Source: Escherichia coli (lineage in GTDB: Bacteria > Pseudomonadota > Gammaproteobacteria > Enterobacterales > Enterobacteriaceae). From it: a DNA stretch of 64,000 nucleotides. Under the pieces are notes generated by a model that worked only from the letters and a program-made list of their open reading frames with translations, was not told the origin of the DNA and did no database searches. The stretch lies in assembly GCF_046105845.1 (NCBI RefSeq), contig NZ_CP151004.1; one strand, written 5' to 3'. The translations under genes were made by a program, and so were the position numbers. Shown here piece after piece: positions 1 through 12,883 of this stretch; position 1 is the first letter of the stretch, and every line of letters starts with the position of its first letter.

Positions 1-672
<672 letters not shown>

Positions 673-854
673 AAAAGTTTGATGCTCAAAGAATTAAACT
701 TCGTAATGAATTACGTGTTCACTCTTGAGACTTGGTATTCATTTATCGTCTTGCGACGTTAAGAATCCGTATCTTCGAGTGCCCACACAGATTGTCTGAT
801 AAATTGTTAAAGAGCAGTGCCGCTTCGCTTTTTCTCAGCGGCGCGGGGTGTGCA

Positions 855-1027
855 TAATACGCTTTCCCGCTACAGAGTCAAGCATTTATTTTTGCTTTCT
901 CTGCCGGAATTCTCAGGAGAACCCCGCTGACCCGGCGGCGTGTTTGCCGTTGTTCCGTGTCAGTGGTGGCGCATTATAGGGAGTTATTCCGGCCTGACAA
1001 GAGGAAATTTAAAATAATTTTCTGACC
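855..1027 (-). promoter_or_regulatory. rRNA operon tandem promoters P1 and P2 with UP element
   Basis: Minus-strand reading gives the canonical rrn P1 core (TTGTCA -35 at 995-1000, TATAAT -10 at 973-978, GCGC discriminator) preceded by an A/T-rich UP element at 1001-1027; a P2-like TATTAT -10 at 855-860. Confidence 0.7.
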
Positions 1028-1152
1028 GCGCATTTTTTCAGCAAAAGCCCCGTTAATGTGCCATAAAACAAGCAATTTGCCGTTTTTGCAACCGTAATCA
1101 CACTTCCTGGTGGCATACTAAGGAGGAATAAAAAGAAAAAGGAAGATTAGTA

Positions 1153-1845
1153 ATGCCTTTAAGCGCACAACAGTTAGCTGCACAGAAAAACCTTTCGTAT
1201 GTTCTGGCTGAGAAGCTGGCGCAACGCATCTTAAAAGGTGAATATGAACCCGGCACCATTTTGCCCGGTGAGATTGAGCTGGGCGAGCAATTTGGAGTGA
1301 GTCGTACAGCGGTACGCGAAGCGGTCAAAACGTTAACGGCAAAAGGGATGGTTTTACCGCGACCGCGAATTGGTACCCGGGTAATGCCACAATCGAACTG
1401 GAATTTTCTTGATCAGGAATTGCTTACCTGGTGGATGACAGAAGAGAACTTTCATCAGGTCATCGATCACTTTCTGGTTATGCGTATCTGTCTGGAGCCG
1501 CAAGCTTGCCTACTGGCTGCAACGGTTGGCACCGCGGAACAGAAGGCGCATCTCAATACGTTAATGGCCGAAATGGTGGCATTAAAAGAGAACTTTCGCC
1601 GTGAACGCTGGATTGAGGTCGATATGGCCTGGCATGAGCATATCTATGAAATGAGCGCCAATCCGTTTTTGACCTCATTCGCCTCGCTATTCCATTCGGT
1701 TTATCACACTTACTTCACGTCAATTACCAGCGACACAGTGATAAAGCTGGATCTGCATCAGGCGATTGTCGATGCGATTATCCAAAGCGATGGCGACGCG
1801 GCATTTAAAGCTTGTCAGGCGCTGCTACGCTCACCTGATAAGTGA
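1153..1845 (+). CDS. yieP: GntR/FadR-family transcriptional regulator
   Basis: 230-aa ORF with N-terminal winged-HTH (GVSRTAVREAVKTL) and FCD-like C-terminus; position next to hsrA. Confidence 0.85.
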   Translation: MPLSAQQLAAQKNLSYVLAEKLAQRILKGEYEPGTILPGEIELGEQFGVSRTAVREAVKTLTAKGMVLPRPRIGTRVMPQSNWNFLDQELLTWWMTEENFHQVIDHFLVMRICLEPQACLLAATVGTAEQKAHLNTLMAEMVALKENFRRERWIEVDMAWHEHIYEMSANPFLTSFASLFHSVYHTYFTSITSDTVIKLDLHQAIVDAIIQSDGDAAFKACQALLRSPDK

Positions 1846-1867
1846 CACCCCGATAACAGGACATTGA

Positions 1868-3295
1868 ATGAGCGATAAAAAGAAGCGCAGTATGGCGGGT
1901 TTGCCGTGGATCGCGGCGATGGCCTTCTTCATGCAGGCACTTGATGCCACTATTCTGAATACCGCCTTACCCGCAATCGCTCATAGCCTTAATCGTTCTC
2001 CTCTCGCGATGCAATCAGCCATCATCAGTTATACGCTGACGGTGGCGATGCTTATTCCGGTAAGCGGATGGCTAGCCGATCGCTTCGGTACGCGTCGCAT
2101 ATTTACCCTTGCCGTGAGTCTGTTCACGTTGGGTTCTCTGGCCTGCGCACTTTCTAACTCGCTACCACAGTTGGTTGTCTTCCGGGTTATTCAGGGGATA
2201 GGCGGCGCAATGATGATGCCTGTTGCTCGGCTGGCCTTACTGCGCGCTTATCCTCGTAATGAGCTTCTTCCTGTATTGAATTTTGTCGCCATGCCGGGTC
2301 TGGTGGGGCCAATTTTAGGCCCCGTTCTTGGCGGCGTGCTGGTCACCTGGGCAACCTGGCACTGGATATTTTTAATCAATATCCCCATAGGTATTGCGGG
2401 CCTTCTTTACGCGCGCAAACATATGCCCAATTTCACCACCGCACGACGCAGATTCGATATCACTGGCTTTTTGCTGTTTGGCCTTAGCCTTGTTCTCTTC
2501 TCAAGCGGAATAGAGCTATTCGGGGAAAAGATTGTCGCCAGTTGGATTGCCTTGACGGTAATTGTCACCAGCATCGGGTTACTGCTTCTCTATATTCTCC
2601 ATGCACGACGCACGCCAAACCCATTAATTTCATTAGATTTATTTAAAACCCGCACTTTCTCGATCGGTATCGTAGGCAATATTGCAACCCGTCTGGGGAC
2701 CGGTTGTGTACCGTTCCTTATGCCATTGATGTTACAGGTAGGATTTGGTTATCAGGCGTTTATTGCCGGCTGTATGATGGCACCGACAGCGTTAGGTTCC
2801 ATTATTGCAAAATCGATGGTTACCCAAGTCTTACGTCGTCTGGGCTATCGCCATACGTTAGTGGGGATCACGGTGATTATTGGGCTAATGATCGCTCAGT
2901 TCTCTTTGCAATCACCGGCAATGGCGATATGGATGCTGATCTTGCCGTTGTTTATATTAGGGATGGCTATGTCGACGCAATTTACCGCGATGAATACCAT
3001 CACACTTGCCGATCTGACCGATGACAACGCCAGCAGCGGTAACAGTGTTCTGGCGGTCACGCAGCAACTGTCTATCAGTTTAGGCGTTGCTGTAAGTGCG
3101 GCCGTCCTTCGCGTTTATGAAGGGATGGAAGGTACAACGACTGTCGAACAATTCCACTATACGTTTATCACAATGGGCATTATTACTGTTGCTTCAGCAG
3201 CAATGTTCATGCTTCTGAAAACAACCGATGGTAATAATTTGATCAAAAGACAGCGTAAATCTAAGCCGAACCGCGTTCCATCAGAATCGGAGTAA
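1868..3295 (+). CDS. hsrA: MFS transporter (putative efflux)
   Basis: 475-aa ORF, multiple hydrophobic TM segments, MFS signature around [11 protein letters not shown]. Confidence 0.85.
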
Positions 3296-4253
3296 GTTGT
3301 AATCGTTGTTGCTGAAGGGTCGGTTGGGTTATCCGATGGATGAGTACATCAATCGCCAGCTCCCCCAGTTCATCTTTCGGTTGATGGATAGTGGTTAATG
3401 GTGGCGTCATAAAGCTTGCCAGTTCGATATCGTCATAGCCAATCACCGCGATATCCTGCGGAACCTGTAACTCTGCCTGATATAGCGCCTGGTAAACGCC
3501 AACAGCCATAGCGTCATTTCCGGTAAAGACGGCCTGAGGACGCAGCGGATGTGATAACAGTTGGCGCATAGCGTCAAACCCGCCGTTAAATTCAAAATCA
3601 CCAGTGACTTCATAGCCATCAGGAATGTTGAGACCCGCACGTTTCATCGCCGCCCGATAACCTTCCAACCGCAGGCGCGCCGGAGTTTTATCCAGCGGGC
3701 CGGTAATACAGGCGATACGGGTATGACCTTTATCGATCAGATATTGCGTTGCTAAGTCTCCGCCCAGCAACGAGTTATCCTGAATAAGATCGCTGTCGCC
3801 ATCGAACGGTGCCCAGTCCATCATCACGGTAGGCACTGTCGGATAACGTTGCATGATTTCACGCGAAGGCTGATGCGTTTCGGTGCACAGTAACAGCAAG
3901 CCATCAACGCGTTTTTGCATCAGCGTTTCCAGATTGCGATTCATCCGCTGTTCATCGCCTTCGGTATTGCATAGGACAAGACTATAACCGCGTTCGAAGC
4001 AGCTGCGTTCAACGCCACGCACCAGTTCAGAATAGAAAGGATTGGTACTGGCAGTGATCAACATGCCAATGGTATGTGTTTGATTGAGTTTGAGGCTACG
4101 CGCCAGAGCTGATGGCGCGTAATTGAGTTCTTTAATCGCCGCTTCAACTTTGGCGGTAATCGCTTCACTGACGAAGCGATCTTTATTGATAACGTGAGAA
4201 ACTGTTGAGGTAGAAACGCCCGCCAGGCGGGCAACATCTTTCATTGTAGCCAA
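3261..4253 (-). CDS. rbsR: LacI-family ribose operon repressor
   Basis: 330-aa ORF, N-terminal [26 protein letters not shown], periplasmic-binding-fold C-terminus; last gene of rbs operon. Confidence 0.9.
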
Positions 4254-4256
4254 GCG

Positions 4257-5186
4257 TCACCTCTGCCTGTCTAAAAATGCGTCGATCTCTTCACGCCACG
4301 GTACGGAAGGTTGTGCGCCTTTACGCGTTACGGCAATCGCAGCGGCGGCATGGGCAAAACGAATCGCCTCTGGCAATGGTTTTTCTTCCAGCAACGCCGT
4401 GATTAACGCGCCGTTAAAGGTATCTCCGGCAGCAATGGTATCGACAGCCTGCACCCGGAATCCAGGAACGCGCTGACCTTCACCATTCACGCTAGCCCAT
4501 ACACCACGACTTCCTAAAGTAATCAGTACAGTACGGATACCTTTTTCATGCAGTACCTGCGCCGCCTTCGCTGCATCTTCATCATTTTCAACACGAATAC
4601 CGGTGAGCTTTTCTGCTTCCGTTTCGTTTGGCGTAATAATGTCTACCAGTGCCAGCAGTTCGTCAGGAAGTTCGCGAGCCGGAGCCGGGTTAAGCGCAAC
4701 GATAGTCTTATTTTGATGGGCGATTTTCGCCGCTGCCATCACACTTTCGAGTGGTGATTCCAGCTGCATTAATAATGCTGACGCGTTGGCAATACGCTCA
4801 CGTTGCGCTTCAACCAGCGCAGGGGAAAGGGCAGCATTAGCGCCGGCATGAATACCGATGACATTCTCACCTTCGCCATTAACAAAAATCAGCGCCACAC
4901 CTGTTGATTCGCCTTTGATCACGCTGACCGGAGAAATATCGATGTTATCAGTGGCGAGCTGCTGGCGAACGCTCTCGCCAATGCTGTCATCGCCCGTACA
5001 GGCAATAAACGCGATATTCGCACCGCTACGCCCAGCAGCCACAGCCTGATTAGCGCCTTTGCCGCCAAATGCAACCTGATAGTGGTTACCGGTTACGGTT
5101 TCGCCTGGAGTAGGAAAAGATTGAAGATTAAGAATGTGGTCAGCATTAATGCTGCCAAGAACAACGAGGCTGCCTGCGTTTTGCAT
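4257..5186 (-). CDS. rbsK: ribokinase
   Basis: PfkB-family motifs (GGKGANQA, DTIAAGDTFNGA); start chosen at MQNAGSLVVLG rather than the upstream in-frame ATG of the ORF track. Confidence 0.9.
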   Translation of the reverse strand: MQNAGSLVVLGSINADHILNLQSFPTPGETVTGNHYQVAFGGKGANQAVAAGRSGANIAFIACTGDDSIGESVRQQLATDNIDISPVSVIKGESTGVALIFVNGEGENVIGIHAGANAALSPALVEAQRERIANASALLMQLESPLESVMAAAKIAHQNKTIVALNPAPARELPDELLALVDIITPNETEAEKLTGIRVENDEDAAKAAQVLHEKGIRTVLITLGSRGVWASVNGEGQRVPGFRVQAVDTIAAGDTFNGALITALLEEKPLPEAIRFAHAAAAIAVTRKGAQPSVPWREEIDAFLDRQR

Positions 5187-5311
5187 ATTCGGGATGTCCA
5201 TAAAATGCGCCACCGTGTTAGGGTGGCGCGTGCCCTGCTTTTCTTTATATTACACGTTCATCTGTCGATGCCGTATTTATGTCACCATCAGGTCATACAA
5301 CCTGATTAAAA

Positions 5312-6202
5312 CTACTGCTTAACAACCAGTTTCAGATCAACCGGATACTTAGCCTGAACTTTCTCACCTTTCAGTACTTTATCGGCGGTTTCGACGCCTT
5401 TCGCGCCAATCTGATCGGGTAGCTGAGCGATAGTCGCTGCTAGTTTGCCATCATTCACCGCTTTTTCGCCATCCGGTGTACCGTCAAATCCGACGACCAT
5501 CACATCCGATTTACCGGCAGTTTGCAGTGCGCGCAGCGCGCCCAGCGCCATTTCATCATTCTGCGCGAATACAGCCTGAACATCCGGATGTGCGGTCAAC
5601 AGGTTCTGCATTACGTTCAAACCTTTAGTGCGATCAAAATCTGCTGGCTGGCTGGCAAGAACATTAAACTTGTGAGCAGCAACAGCCTGCTGGAAGCCTT
5701 CGCCACGTTCACGGGCTGCGGATGTACCGGCAATGCCTTGCAGCTCGATAACTTTGGCACCTTCACCCGCTTTCTTCGCGATGTAATCACCGGCGATTTT
5801 GCCGCCCAGTACGTTATCAGAAGCAATGTGGCTCACCACTTCACCTTTCGTTGCCTGGCGGTCAAGAGTGATAACCGGGATGTTCGCCTGGTTAGCCATC
5901 TTCACAGCATTACCCACTGCGTCGGAGTCGGTCGGGTTAATCAGCAGAATTTTGGTGCCGCGAACGGTTAAGTCCTGCACGTTCGCCAGCTCTTTCGCCG
6001 GGTTGTTCTGGGAGTCCAGCACCACCAGGTTATAGCCAAGTTTATCCGCCTCTTTCTGCGCGCCATCTTTCAGCGATACAAAGAACGGGTTGTTAAGCGT
6101 GGAGACCACCAGCGCGATGGTGTCTTTTGCCATCGCATTCGCACTGACGGTGGCGCTTAGCGCAACTGCGGAAACCAGGGTAGCCAGTTTTTTCATGTTC
6201 AT
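5312..6202 (-). CDS. rbsB: ribose ABC transporter periplasmic binding protein
   Basis: Signal peptide followed by periplasmic sugar-binding fold; start at [10 protein letters not shown]. Confidence 0.9.
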   Translation of the reverse strand: MNMKKLATLVSAVALSATVSANAMAKDTIALVVSTLNNPFFVSLKDGAQKEADKLGYNLVVLDSQNNPAKELANVQDLTVRGTKILLINPTDSDAVGNAVKMANQANIPVITLDRQATKGEVVSHIASDNVLGGKIAGDYIAKKAGEGAKVIELQGIAGTSAARERGEGFQQAVAAHKFNVLASQPADFDRTKGLNVMQNLLTAHPDVQAVFAQNDEMALGALRALQTAGKSDVMVVGFDGTPDGEKAVNDGKLAATIAQLPDQIGAKGVETADKVLKGEKVQAKYPVDLKLVVKQ

Positions 6203-6226
6203 ATTCAAGATGTCCTGTAGTCGTTA

Positions 6227-7192
6227 TTACTGCTTTTTGTTGTCTACCAGCACCGCCAGCAAAATCACCACCGCTTTGACGATCATCTGGTAATAGGAGG
6301 AAACACCTAACAAATTCAATCCATTATTAAGGAAGCCAAGAATTAATGCGCCGATCAACGTCCCAACAATGCGACCTTTTCCGCCCGCCAGACTCGTACC
6401 GCCCAGAACCACCGCAGCAATGGCATCCAGCTCATAGCCAGTCCCCGCCGTGGGTTGTGCGGAGGAGAGACGCGCCACTTCAATGATCCCGGCCAGCGAT
6501 GCCAGCAGACCACAAAGAGAATAGACGATGATTTTGATTTTATTGACGTTGATACCTGAAAGACGCGTTGCCGCTTCGTTGCCGCCCAGCGCGTAGATGT
6601 AACGCCCCAGACGCGTGTGATGCAGCATGTACCAGGCCGCGAGGAAGACAATTCCCATGATCCAGACTGGCGTCGGTACGCCCAGCGGACGACCGATCCC
6701 AAACCAGCCAAACAGATCGGCGTTCTCAGTAAAGCCGGTATTCACTGGGCTACCGTTGGTATAAACCATGGTCACGCCGCGCAGTAAAAGCATCATAACC
6801 AGCGTAGCGATAAACGCCTGGACGCGACCTTTCGCTACAATCACCCCGGTTACCGCACCAATTGCGGCACCTAATGCGAGAGCGGCAGCGACAGCCACCA
6901 GCGCATTGACTTCAATGCCGACGATAGATGCAGCAACTGCGCCGGTCAGCGCCAACAGAGAACCTACCGACAAGTCGATGCCCGACGTCAGGATCACCAG
7001 CGTCATCCCGACTGCCATAATGGCGTTCACCGAGGTTTGCTGGAGAATATTGAATAAGTTATTGATGGTGAAAAAGTTCGGACTTAACGTCGAGACAATC
7101 GCGATCAGCACCAGCAGAGCGATAAGCGATTTCTGCTCCATCAGCCACGCTTTCGTGAAATAACGGCGACCAGAGACAGTCTGGGTTGTCAT
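6227..7192 (-). CDS. rbsC: ribose ABC transporter permease
   Basis: 321-aa polytopic membrane protein in rbs operon order. Confidence 0.9.
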   Translation of the reverse strand: MTTQTVSGRRYFTKAWLMEQKSLIALLVLIAIVSTLSPNFFTINNLFNILQQTSVNAIMAVGMTLVILTSGIDLSVGSLLALTGAVAASIVGIEVNALVAVAAALALGAAIGAVTGVIVAKGRVQAFIATLVMMLLLRGVTMVYTNGSPVNTGFTENADLFGWFGIGRPLGVPTPVWIMGIVFLAAWYMLHHTRLGRYIYALGGNEAATRLSGINVNKIKIIVYSLCGLLASLAGIIEVARLSSAQPTAGTGYELDAIAAVVLGGTSLAGGKGRIVGTLIGALILGFLNNGLNLLGVSSYYQMIVKAVVILLAVLVDNKKQ

Positions 7193-7196
7193 TTTT

Positions 7197-8702
7197 TTAC
7201 TCCTGATTCACGCGATTAAGCTTGCCCACAGCGGCAGCCATTAACACTTCCTGGGTGGCCTGCTCACGAGTAAATTCCCCGCTGAGATGCCCTTCATGCA
7301 TGACGATGATGCGATCGCTCATGCCTAATACTTCTGGCATCTCCGATGACACCAGAATGATGCTCAATCCATCGGCTTTGAACTGGTTAATCAGTTGATA
7401 AATCTCTTTTTTCGCGCCGACATCTACGCCACGGGTAGGCTCATCGAGGATCAACACTTTGGGGCGTGTCATCAGACCGCGGGCAATCGCCACTTTTTGC
7501 TGATTGCCACCGGAAAGCAGACCAATTGCCTGTTCCATCGACGGCGTTTTCACATTGAACAGGCGAATAAAATCACTCACTGCCTGCTGTTCATCGGCAT
7601 GCTTCAAACTGCCGCCAGCGCGGCTAAAGTAGCGCAGCGCGGTCAGCGACATGTTCTCTTTTACTGACATGCCCAGCACTAAACCGTCGCGTTTACGGTC
7701 TTCGGAGATATAAACAATGCCGTTTGCCAGGCCATCCTGCGGTGAACGGGTAACAACTTCATGCCCATCCAGGGTGACGTAACCGCTGGTGCGCGGCAGT
7801 GCGCCGTAGAGCACTTTCATCAGTTCGGTACGACCTGCGCCCATCAAACCAGAGACGCCAAGAATTTCGCCTTTGCGTAAAGTAAAAGAGACATCGTTAA
7901 CGCCAGGTCCGCAGAGATTATCGACTTTCAGGCGAATATCTCCTGGCGCTTTGTCCAGGTGCGGATATTGATCTTCCAGCTTGCGGCCCACCATCATCTC
8001 AATCAGCGAATCTTCGGTCAGTGATGCTACTTCACGCTCAGCAATAAATTGCCCATCACGAAAAACGGTAACGTCATCGCAAATCTCGAAGATTTCTTTC
8101 ATGCGGTGGGAAATATAGACAATACCGCGGCCTTGCGATTTCAGCTCGCGGATGACGCGGAACAAGGATTCGGTTTCGGTATCGGTCAGCGCATCGGTCG
8201 GTTCATCCATAATGATGACTTTCGACTCAAAGCTCAGCACTTTGGCGATTTCAACCATTTGCTGGTCACCGATGGAAAGATCGCCCACCAGCTTGTCGCT
8301 TTTAAAGCGCAGGTTAAGTTTAGCCAGCAATTTATCCGCTTCGGCATACATGGTTTTCCAGTCAATTTTGCCAAAGCGATTAACAAACTCACGACCGAGG
8401 AAAATGTTTTCGGCAATGGTCAACTGCGGGATCAGGTTCAGTTCCTGATGGATAATCCCAATCCCGGCTTCCTGGGAAGATTTCGGCCCGGTAAACGTCG
8501 TTTCTTTCCCCAGCCATAAAAGCGTACCGGCATCGCGAGTATAGATACCCGTAAGCACTTTCATCATGGTGGATTTACCCGCACCGTTTTCGCCCACCAG
8601 CGCCATCACGCGGCCAGGATAGACATTTAACGCTGCACCCGAGAGGGCTTTTACGCCCGGGAAGGCTTTATCGATGCCTTTAAGCTGAAGTAATGCTTCC
8701 AT
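7197..8702 (-). CDS. rbsA: ribose ABC transporter ATP-binding protein (duplicated ATPase)
   Basis: 501-aa ORF with two Walker A motifs (GENGAGKST and GLMGAGRTE) and ABC signatures. Confidence 0.9.
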
Positions 8703-8709
8703 GACGGCC

Positions 8710-9129
8710 TCAGAACGTCACGCCAGCACAGAGAATGATATTCGCATACGGAGAACATTCTCCGCTGCGAATTACCGCCTGACTTTCTGCGGTTTGTTGT
8801 TTGAATTGTTCATGCGTGGTGTAACGAATTTCAATGGTATTTCCCTGGTGTTTTTGCAGCTGCTCAAGGTGAGTGAGCAACGTTTCGTGGAGTTGCGGAT
8901 TATGTTGTTTGATCTCTTCCGCGATAATGGCTGCCTCGACCTGCATTTCATTTGTGACGACGCCCAGCACCTGCATAAAAGAAGGTACACCCTGGGTTAA
9001 TGCCATATCTATACGCGTTGTACTTTTGGGGATGGGTAAACCAGCATCACATACCACCAGCGTATCGGTATGTCCCAGACGGGAGATCACCGATGAAATA
9101 TCAGAATTAAGAACGGTGCCTTTTTTCAT
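8710..9129 (-). CDS. rbsD: D-ribose pyranase
   Basis: 139-aa product starting [14 protein letters not shown]; first gene of rbs operon. Confidence 0.9.
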
Positions 9130-9140
9130 TTTTTTCTCCA

Positions 9141-9160
9141 TCAGCGAAACGTTTCGCTGA
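9141..9160 (-). promoter_or_regulatory. RbsR operator-like perfect palindrome upstream of rbsD
   Basis: TCAGCGAAACGTTTCGCTGA perfect 20-bp palindrome immediately 5' of the rbsD start; a related half-site CGAAACGTTT recurs near 9224-9236. Confidence 0.6.
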
Positions 9161-9295
9161 CCCGCAGTTTAATCCTGACTGAGTTGGGAAAACCATCGTG
9201 ACGTTACGGAAATGTGATCAACCTCGAAACGTTTTACATGGTGATTAACCATGAAAACAAAAACGCCCCCTTATGGAGAAAGGAGGCGTCTGGCG

Positions 9296-11164
9296 TTAGA
9301 TTTCGACCTGAGTACCCAGTTCGATAACCCTGTTTGGCGGGATTTCAAATTGATCCGGCGCACGCAGCGCATTACGTTGCAACAGCAAGTACAGCTTACC
9401 GCGCAGACGCAAATACCACGGGCGTTTGCCGAGGATCAACGACTCATGCGACATAAAGAAGGAGGTTTCCATCATCCGGCAACTTAATCCTTCCAGACCG
9501 CAGCGGTGGAATACTTCTTCCACGTTTGGCGTTTCTCGCCAACCATAACTTGCCACCACGCGCCAGAACGTGGGCGACAGTTGTTCAATCTGTACCCGAC
9601 GGACGTTATGGACATAAGGCGCGTCTTCGGTGCGCAGAGTTAACAGAATCACCCGCTCATGCAATACCTTGTTATGTTTAAGGTTATGCATCAGCGCAAA
9701 GGGAATGACGTTGATTGCACGTGACATATACACCGCGGTCCCAGGCACGCGAACGGGCGGTGATTTCTCCAGCGAAGCAATCATCGCCTCCAGAGAGTTG
9801 CCATGTTCATGCATCCGCCGCAGCAAGCGGAAACGCTCGCTCTTCCAGGTGGTCATCACGATAAACATCACCGTACCGAGGCTCAATGGCAACCAGCCGC
9901 CGGAGAGCAGTTTATCGAGGTTAGCGGTGAACAATGGAATATCGACACAAAGGAAAGCAATCAGGATCAGCGCAACAAAATACTTATTCCAGTGCCAGTT
10001 CTGACGTGCCACGGTAGTCGAGAGAATAGACGTCAGCACCATGGTTCCGGTCACCGCAATCCCGTACGCCGCCGCCAGGTTGCTGGAGTGCTCAAAGCTG
10101 ACAATCACAATCACGACCGCGACATAGAGCATCCAGTTCACAAACGGAATATAGATTTGCCCTGACTCCATTTCGGAGGTGTGAATAATGCGCATCGGCG
10201 ACAAATATCCCAGACGTACCGCCTGACGCGTCAATGAGAAGACGCCAGAGATAACCGCCTGCGAGGCAATTACCGTCGCCAGTGCGGCGATGATCAGCAG
10301 CGGGATCAGCGCCCAGTCCGGTGCCAACAGGAAGAACGGGTTCTTAATCGCTTCCGGGTTCTTTAACAACAACGCTCCCTGACCGAAGTAATTAAGGGTC
10401 AAGGAAGGTAATACGACGGTGAACCACGCCAGGCGAATAGGGAACTTACCAAAGTGCCCCATATCAGCATACAGCGCCTCGACCCCCGTAATTGACAGCA
10501 CCACTGCCCCTAATGCAATAAAAGAAACCGTTTTGTATTCAAGGAAGAAATGCACCGCCCACATCGGATTCAGCGCATGCAGCACTTCCGGGTTAGCAAT
10601 AATGCTACGTAACCCCAGTACTGCCAGAATCAAAAACCAGGTCAGCATGATCGGTGCAAACAACTTACCGACCATAGCCGTGCCATGTTTTTGAATCATA
10701 AATAATAAAGTGAGAACGATAATTGAGAGGGGAACTATCCAGGTATCCAGCTGCGGGGCGACGATTTCCAGACCTTCAATGGCAGACATCACCGAAATAG
10801 CGGGTGTTATGACGACTTCACCATAGAAAAAACTGCCGCCGATTAGCCCCATAATCACCAGCATTGATGTCGTTCGCGCCGACGTATTACGCCCGGCAAG
10901 CGACATCAACGTCAGGATCCCCCCTTCACCGGCGTTATCTGCCCGCATCACGAAGGTGAGATATTTAATGGAAACCACAAAAATTAGCAGCCAGAAGATC
11001 AGCGATAAAAAGCCAAACACGGCATCGCGTTCAACGCCAAAACCAAACTGGCCGGACAAACATTCACGAAGTGTATATAACGGGCTGGTACCAATATCGC
11101 CGTAGACAACTCCAATCGCCGCGAGGGTAATCGCGGGCAATGATTGCTTATTATCAGTGCTCAT
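9296..11164 (-). CDS. kup: low-affinity potassium uptake transporter
   Basis: 622-aa polytopic membrane protein with soluble C-terminal domain; N-terminus [30 protein letters not shown]. Confidence 0.9.
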   Translation of the reverse strand: MSTDNKQSLPAITLAAIGVVYGDIGTSPLYTLRECLSGQFGFGVERDAVFGFLSLIFWLLIFVVSIKYLTFVMRADNAGEGGILTLMSLAGRNTSARTTSMLVIMGLIGGSFFYGEVVITPAISVMSAIEGLEIVAPQLDTWIVPLSIIVLTLLFMIQKHGTAMVGKLFAPIMLTWFLILAVLGLRSIIANPEVLHALNPMWAVHFFLEYKTVSFIALGAVVLSITGVEALYADMGHFGKFPIRLAWFTVVLPSLTLNYFGQGALLLKNPEAIKNPFFLLAPDWALIPLLIIAALATVIASQAVISGVFSLTRQAVRLGYLSPMRIIHTSEMESGQIYIPFVNWMLYVAVVIVIVSFEHSSNLAAAYGIAVTGTMVLTSILSTTVARQNWHWNKYFVALILIAFLCVDIPLFTANLDKLLSGGWLPLSLGTVMFIVMTTWKSERFRLLRRMHEHGNSLEAMIASLEKSPPVRVPGTAVYMSRAINVIPFALMHNLKHNKVLHERVILLTLRTEDAPYVHNVRRVQIEQLSPTFWRVVASYGWRETPNVEEVFHRCGLEGLSCRMMETSFFMSHESLILGKRPWYLRLRGKLYLLLQRNALRAPDQFEIPPNRVIELGTQVEI

Positions 11165-11386
11165 AGACTAGTCTTTCGTTGAAATATGAAATGTGTGCTT
11201 AGTCCCTTGGCCCACAAAAAAGCGCACAGTATGCACGATTAACGGCAAAATCGTACTCCTAAATGCGGCCACATTAACCTGGCTCAAAGAAAAATACCCC
11301 CCCTTTGAGACTATTTTAGCCACCAGCAAGAAACGTCTATACTCGCAATTTACGCAGAACTTTTGACGAAAGGACGCCACTTCATT

Positions 11387-12883
11387 ATGGCTCACCCTCA
11401 TTTATTAGCGGAAAGAATTTCCCGCCTGAGCAGTTCGTTGGAAAAGGGGCTTTATGAACGTAGCCACGCCATCCGCTTGTGTTTATTAGCGGCATTAAGT
11501 GGTGAAAGTGTGTTCCTCCTTGGCCCGCCAGGCATTGCCAAAAGTTTGATCGCCCGGCGCTTAAAATTCGCCTTTCAGAATGCCCGCGCGTTTGAATATC
11601 TGATGACCCGCTTCTCCACGCCGGAAGAAGTTTTTGGTCCCCTTTCTATTCAGGCGCTAAAAGATGAAGGGCGCTATGAACGTTTAACCAGCGGTTACCT
11701 GCCGGAAGCAGAAATCGTCTTTCTGGATGAGATCTGGAAAGCGGGCCCGGCAATTCTTAATACCTTGCTCACCGCCATTAACGAGCGCCAGTTCCGCAAC
11801 GGTGCACACGTAGAAAAAATCCCGATGCGTCTGCTGGTGGCGGCCTCCAACGAGCTGCCGGAAGCAGACAGCAGTCTGGAAGCGTTATATGACCGCATGC
11901 TGATTCGTCTGTGGTTAGATAAAGTGCAGGATAAAGCGAATTTCCGCTCCATGCTGACCAGTCAACAGGATGAAAATGACAATCCGGTTCCTGCCTCCTT
12001 GCAGGTCACAGATGAAGAATATGAACGCTGGCAGAAAGAGATTGGTGAAATTACGCTGCCCGATCATGTATTTGAGCTGATTTTTATGCTGCGCCAGCAA
12101 CTGGATAAATTACCGGATGCGCCTTATGTCTCGGATCGTCGCTGGAAAAAAGCGATCCGCTTATTGCAGGCCAGCGCCTTTTTTAGCGGTCGCAGTGCCG
12201 TTGCCCCGGTAGATCTCATTTTGCTGAAAGATTGCCTGTGGTATGACGCGCAAAGCCTGAATTTGATACAACAACAAATTGATGTATTGATGACCGGTCA
12301 TGCCTGGCAACAGCAAGGGATGTTGACCCGCCTGGGCGCGATTGTGCAACGTCACCTGCAACTACAGCAGCAACAAAGCGATAAAACAGCCTTAACGGTA
12401 ATTCGTCTGGGCGGCATTTTCAGCCGTCGTCAGCAGTATCAACTCCCTGTTAACGTTACAGCTTCCACTCTGACTCTGCTGCTGCAAAAACCGTTAAAAC
12501 TGCATGATATGGAAGTGGTTCATATCTCCTTTGAGCGTAACGCGCTGGAACAGTGGCTGAGTAAAGGTGGTGAAATTCGCGGCAAACTGAACGGTATCGG
12601 CTTTGCTCAGAAATTGAATCTGGAAGTGGATAGCGCCCAACATCTTGTTGTACGCGATGTAAGTTTACAAGGCAGTACGCTGGCACTTCCCGGTTCATCG
12701 GCTGAAGGTCTGCCAGGTGAAATAAAACAACAACTGGAAGAGCTTGAAAGCGACTGGCGCAAGCAACACGCTTTATTCAGCGAACAGCAAAAATGTCTGT
12801 TTATCCCTGGCGACTGGTTAGGTCGCATTGAAGCCAGCCTACAGGATGTCGGCGCACAGATTCGCCAGGCACAACAATGCTAA
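11387..12883 (+). CDS. ravA: AAA+ MoxR-family ATPase
   Basis: Walker A GPPGIAKS; start chosen at [11 protein letters not shown]; overlaps viaA by 7 nt. Confidence 0.9.
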   Translation: MAHPHLLAERISRLSSSLEKGLYERSHAIRLCLLAALSGESVFLLGPPGIAKSLIARRLKFAFQNARAFEYLMTRFSTPEEVFGPLSIQALKDEGRYERLTSGYLPEAEIVFLDEIWKAGPAILNTLLTAINERQFRNGAHVEKIPMRLLVAASNELPEADSSLEALYDRMLIRLWLDKVQDKANFRSMLTSQQDENDNPVPASLQVTDEEYERWQKEIGEITLPDHVFELIFMLRQQLDKLPDAPYVSDRRWKKAIRLLQASAFFSGRSAVAPVDLILLKDCLWYDAQSLNLIQQQIDVLMTGHAWQQQGMLTRLGAIVQRHLQLQQQQSDKTALTVIRLGGIFSRRQQYQLPVNVTASTLTLLLQKPLKLHDMEVVHISFERNALEQWLSKGGEIRGKLNGIGFAQKLNLEVDSAQHLVVRDVSLQGSTLALPGSSAEGLPGEIKQQLEELESDWRKQHALFSEQQKCLFIPGDWLGRIEASLQDVGAQIRQAQQC

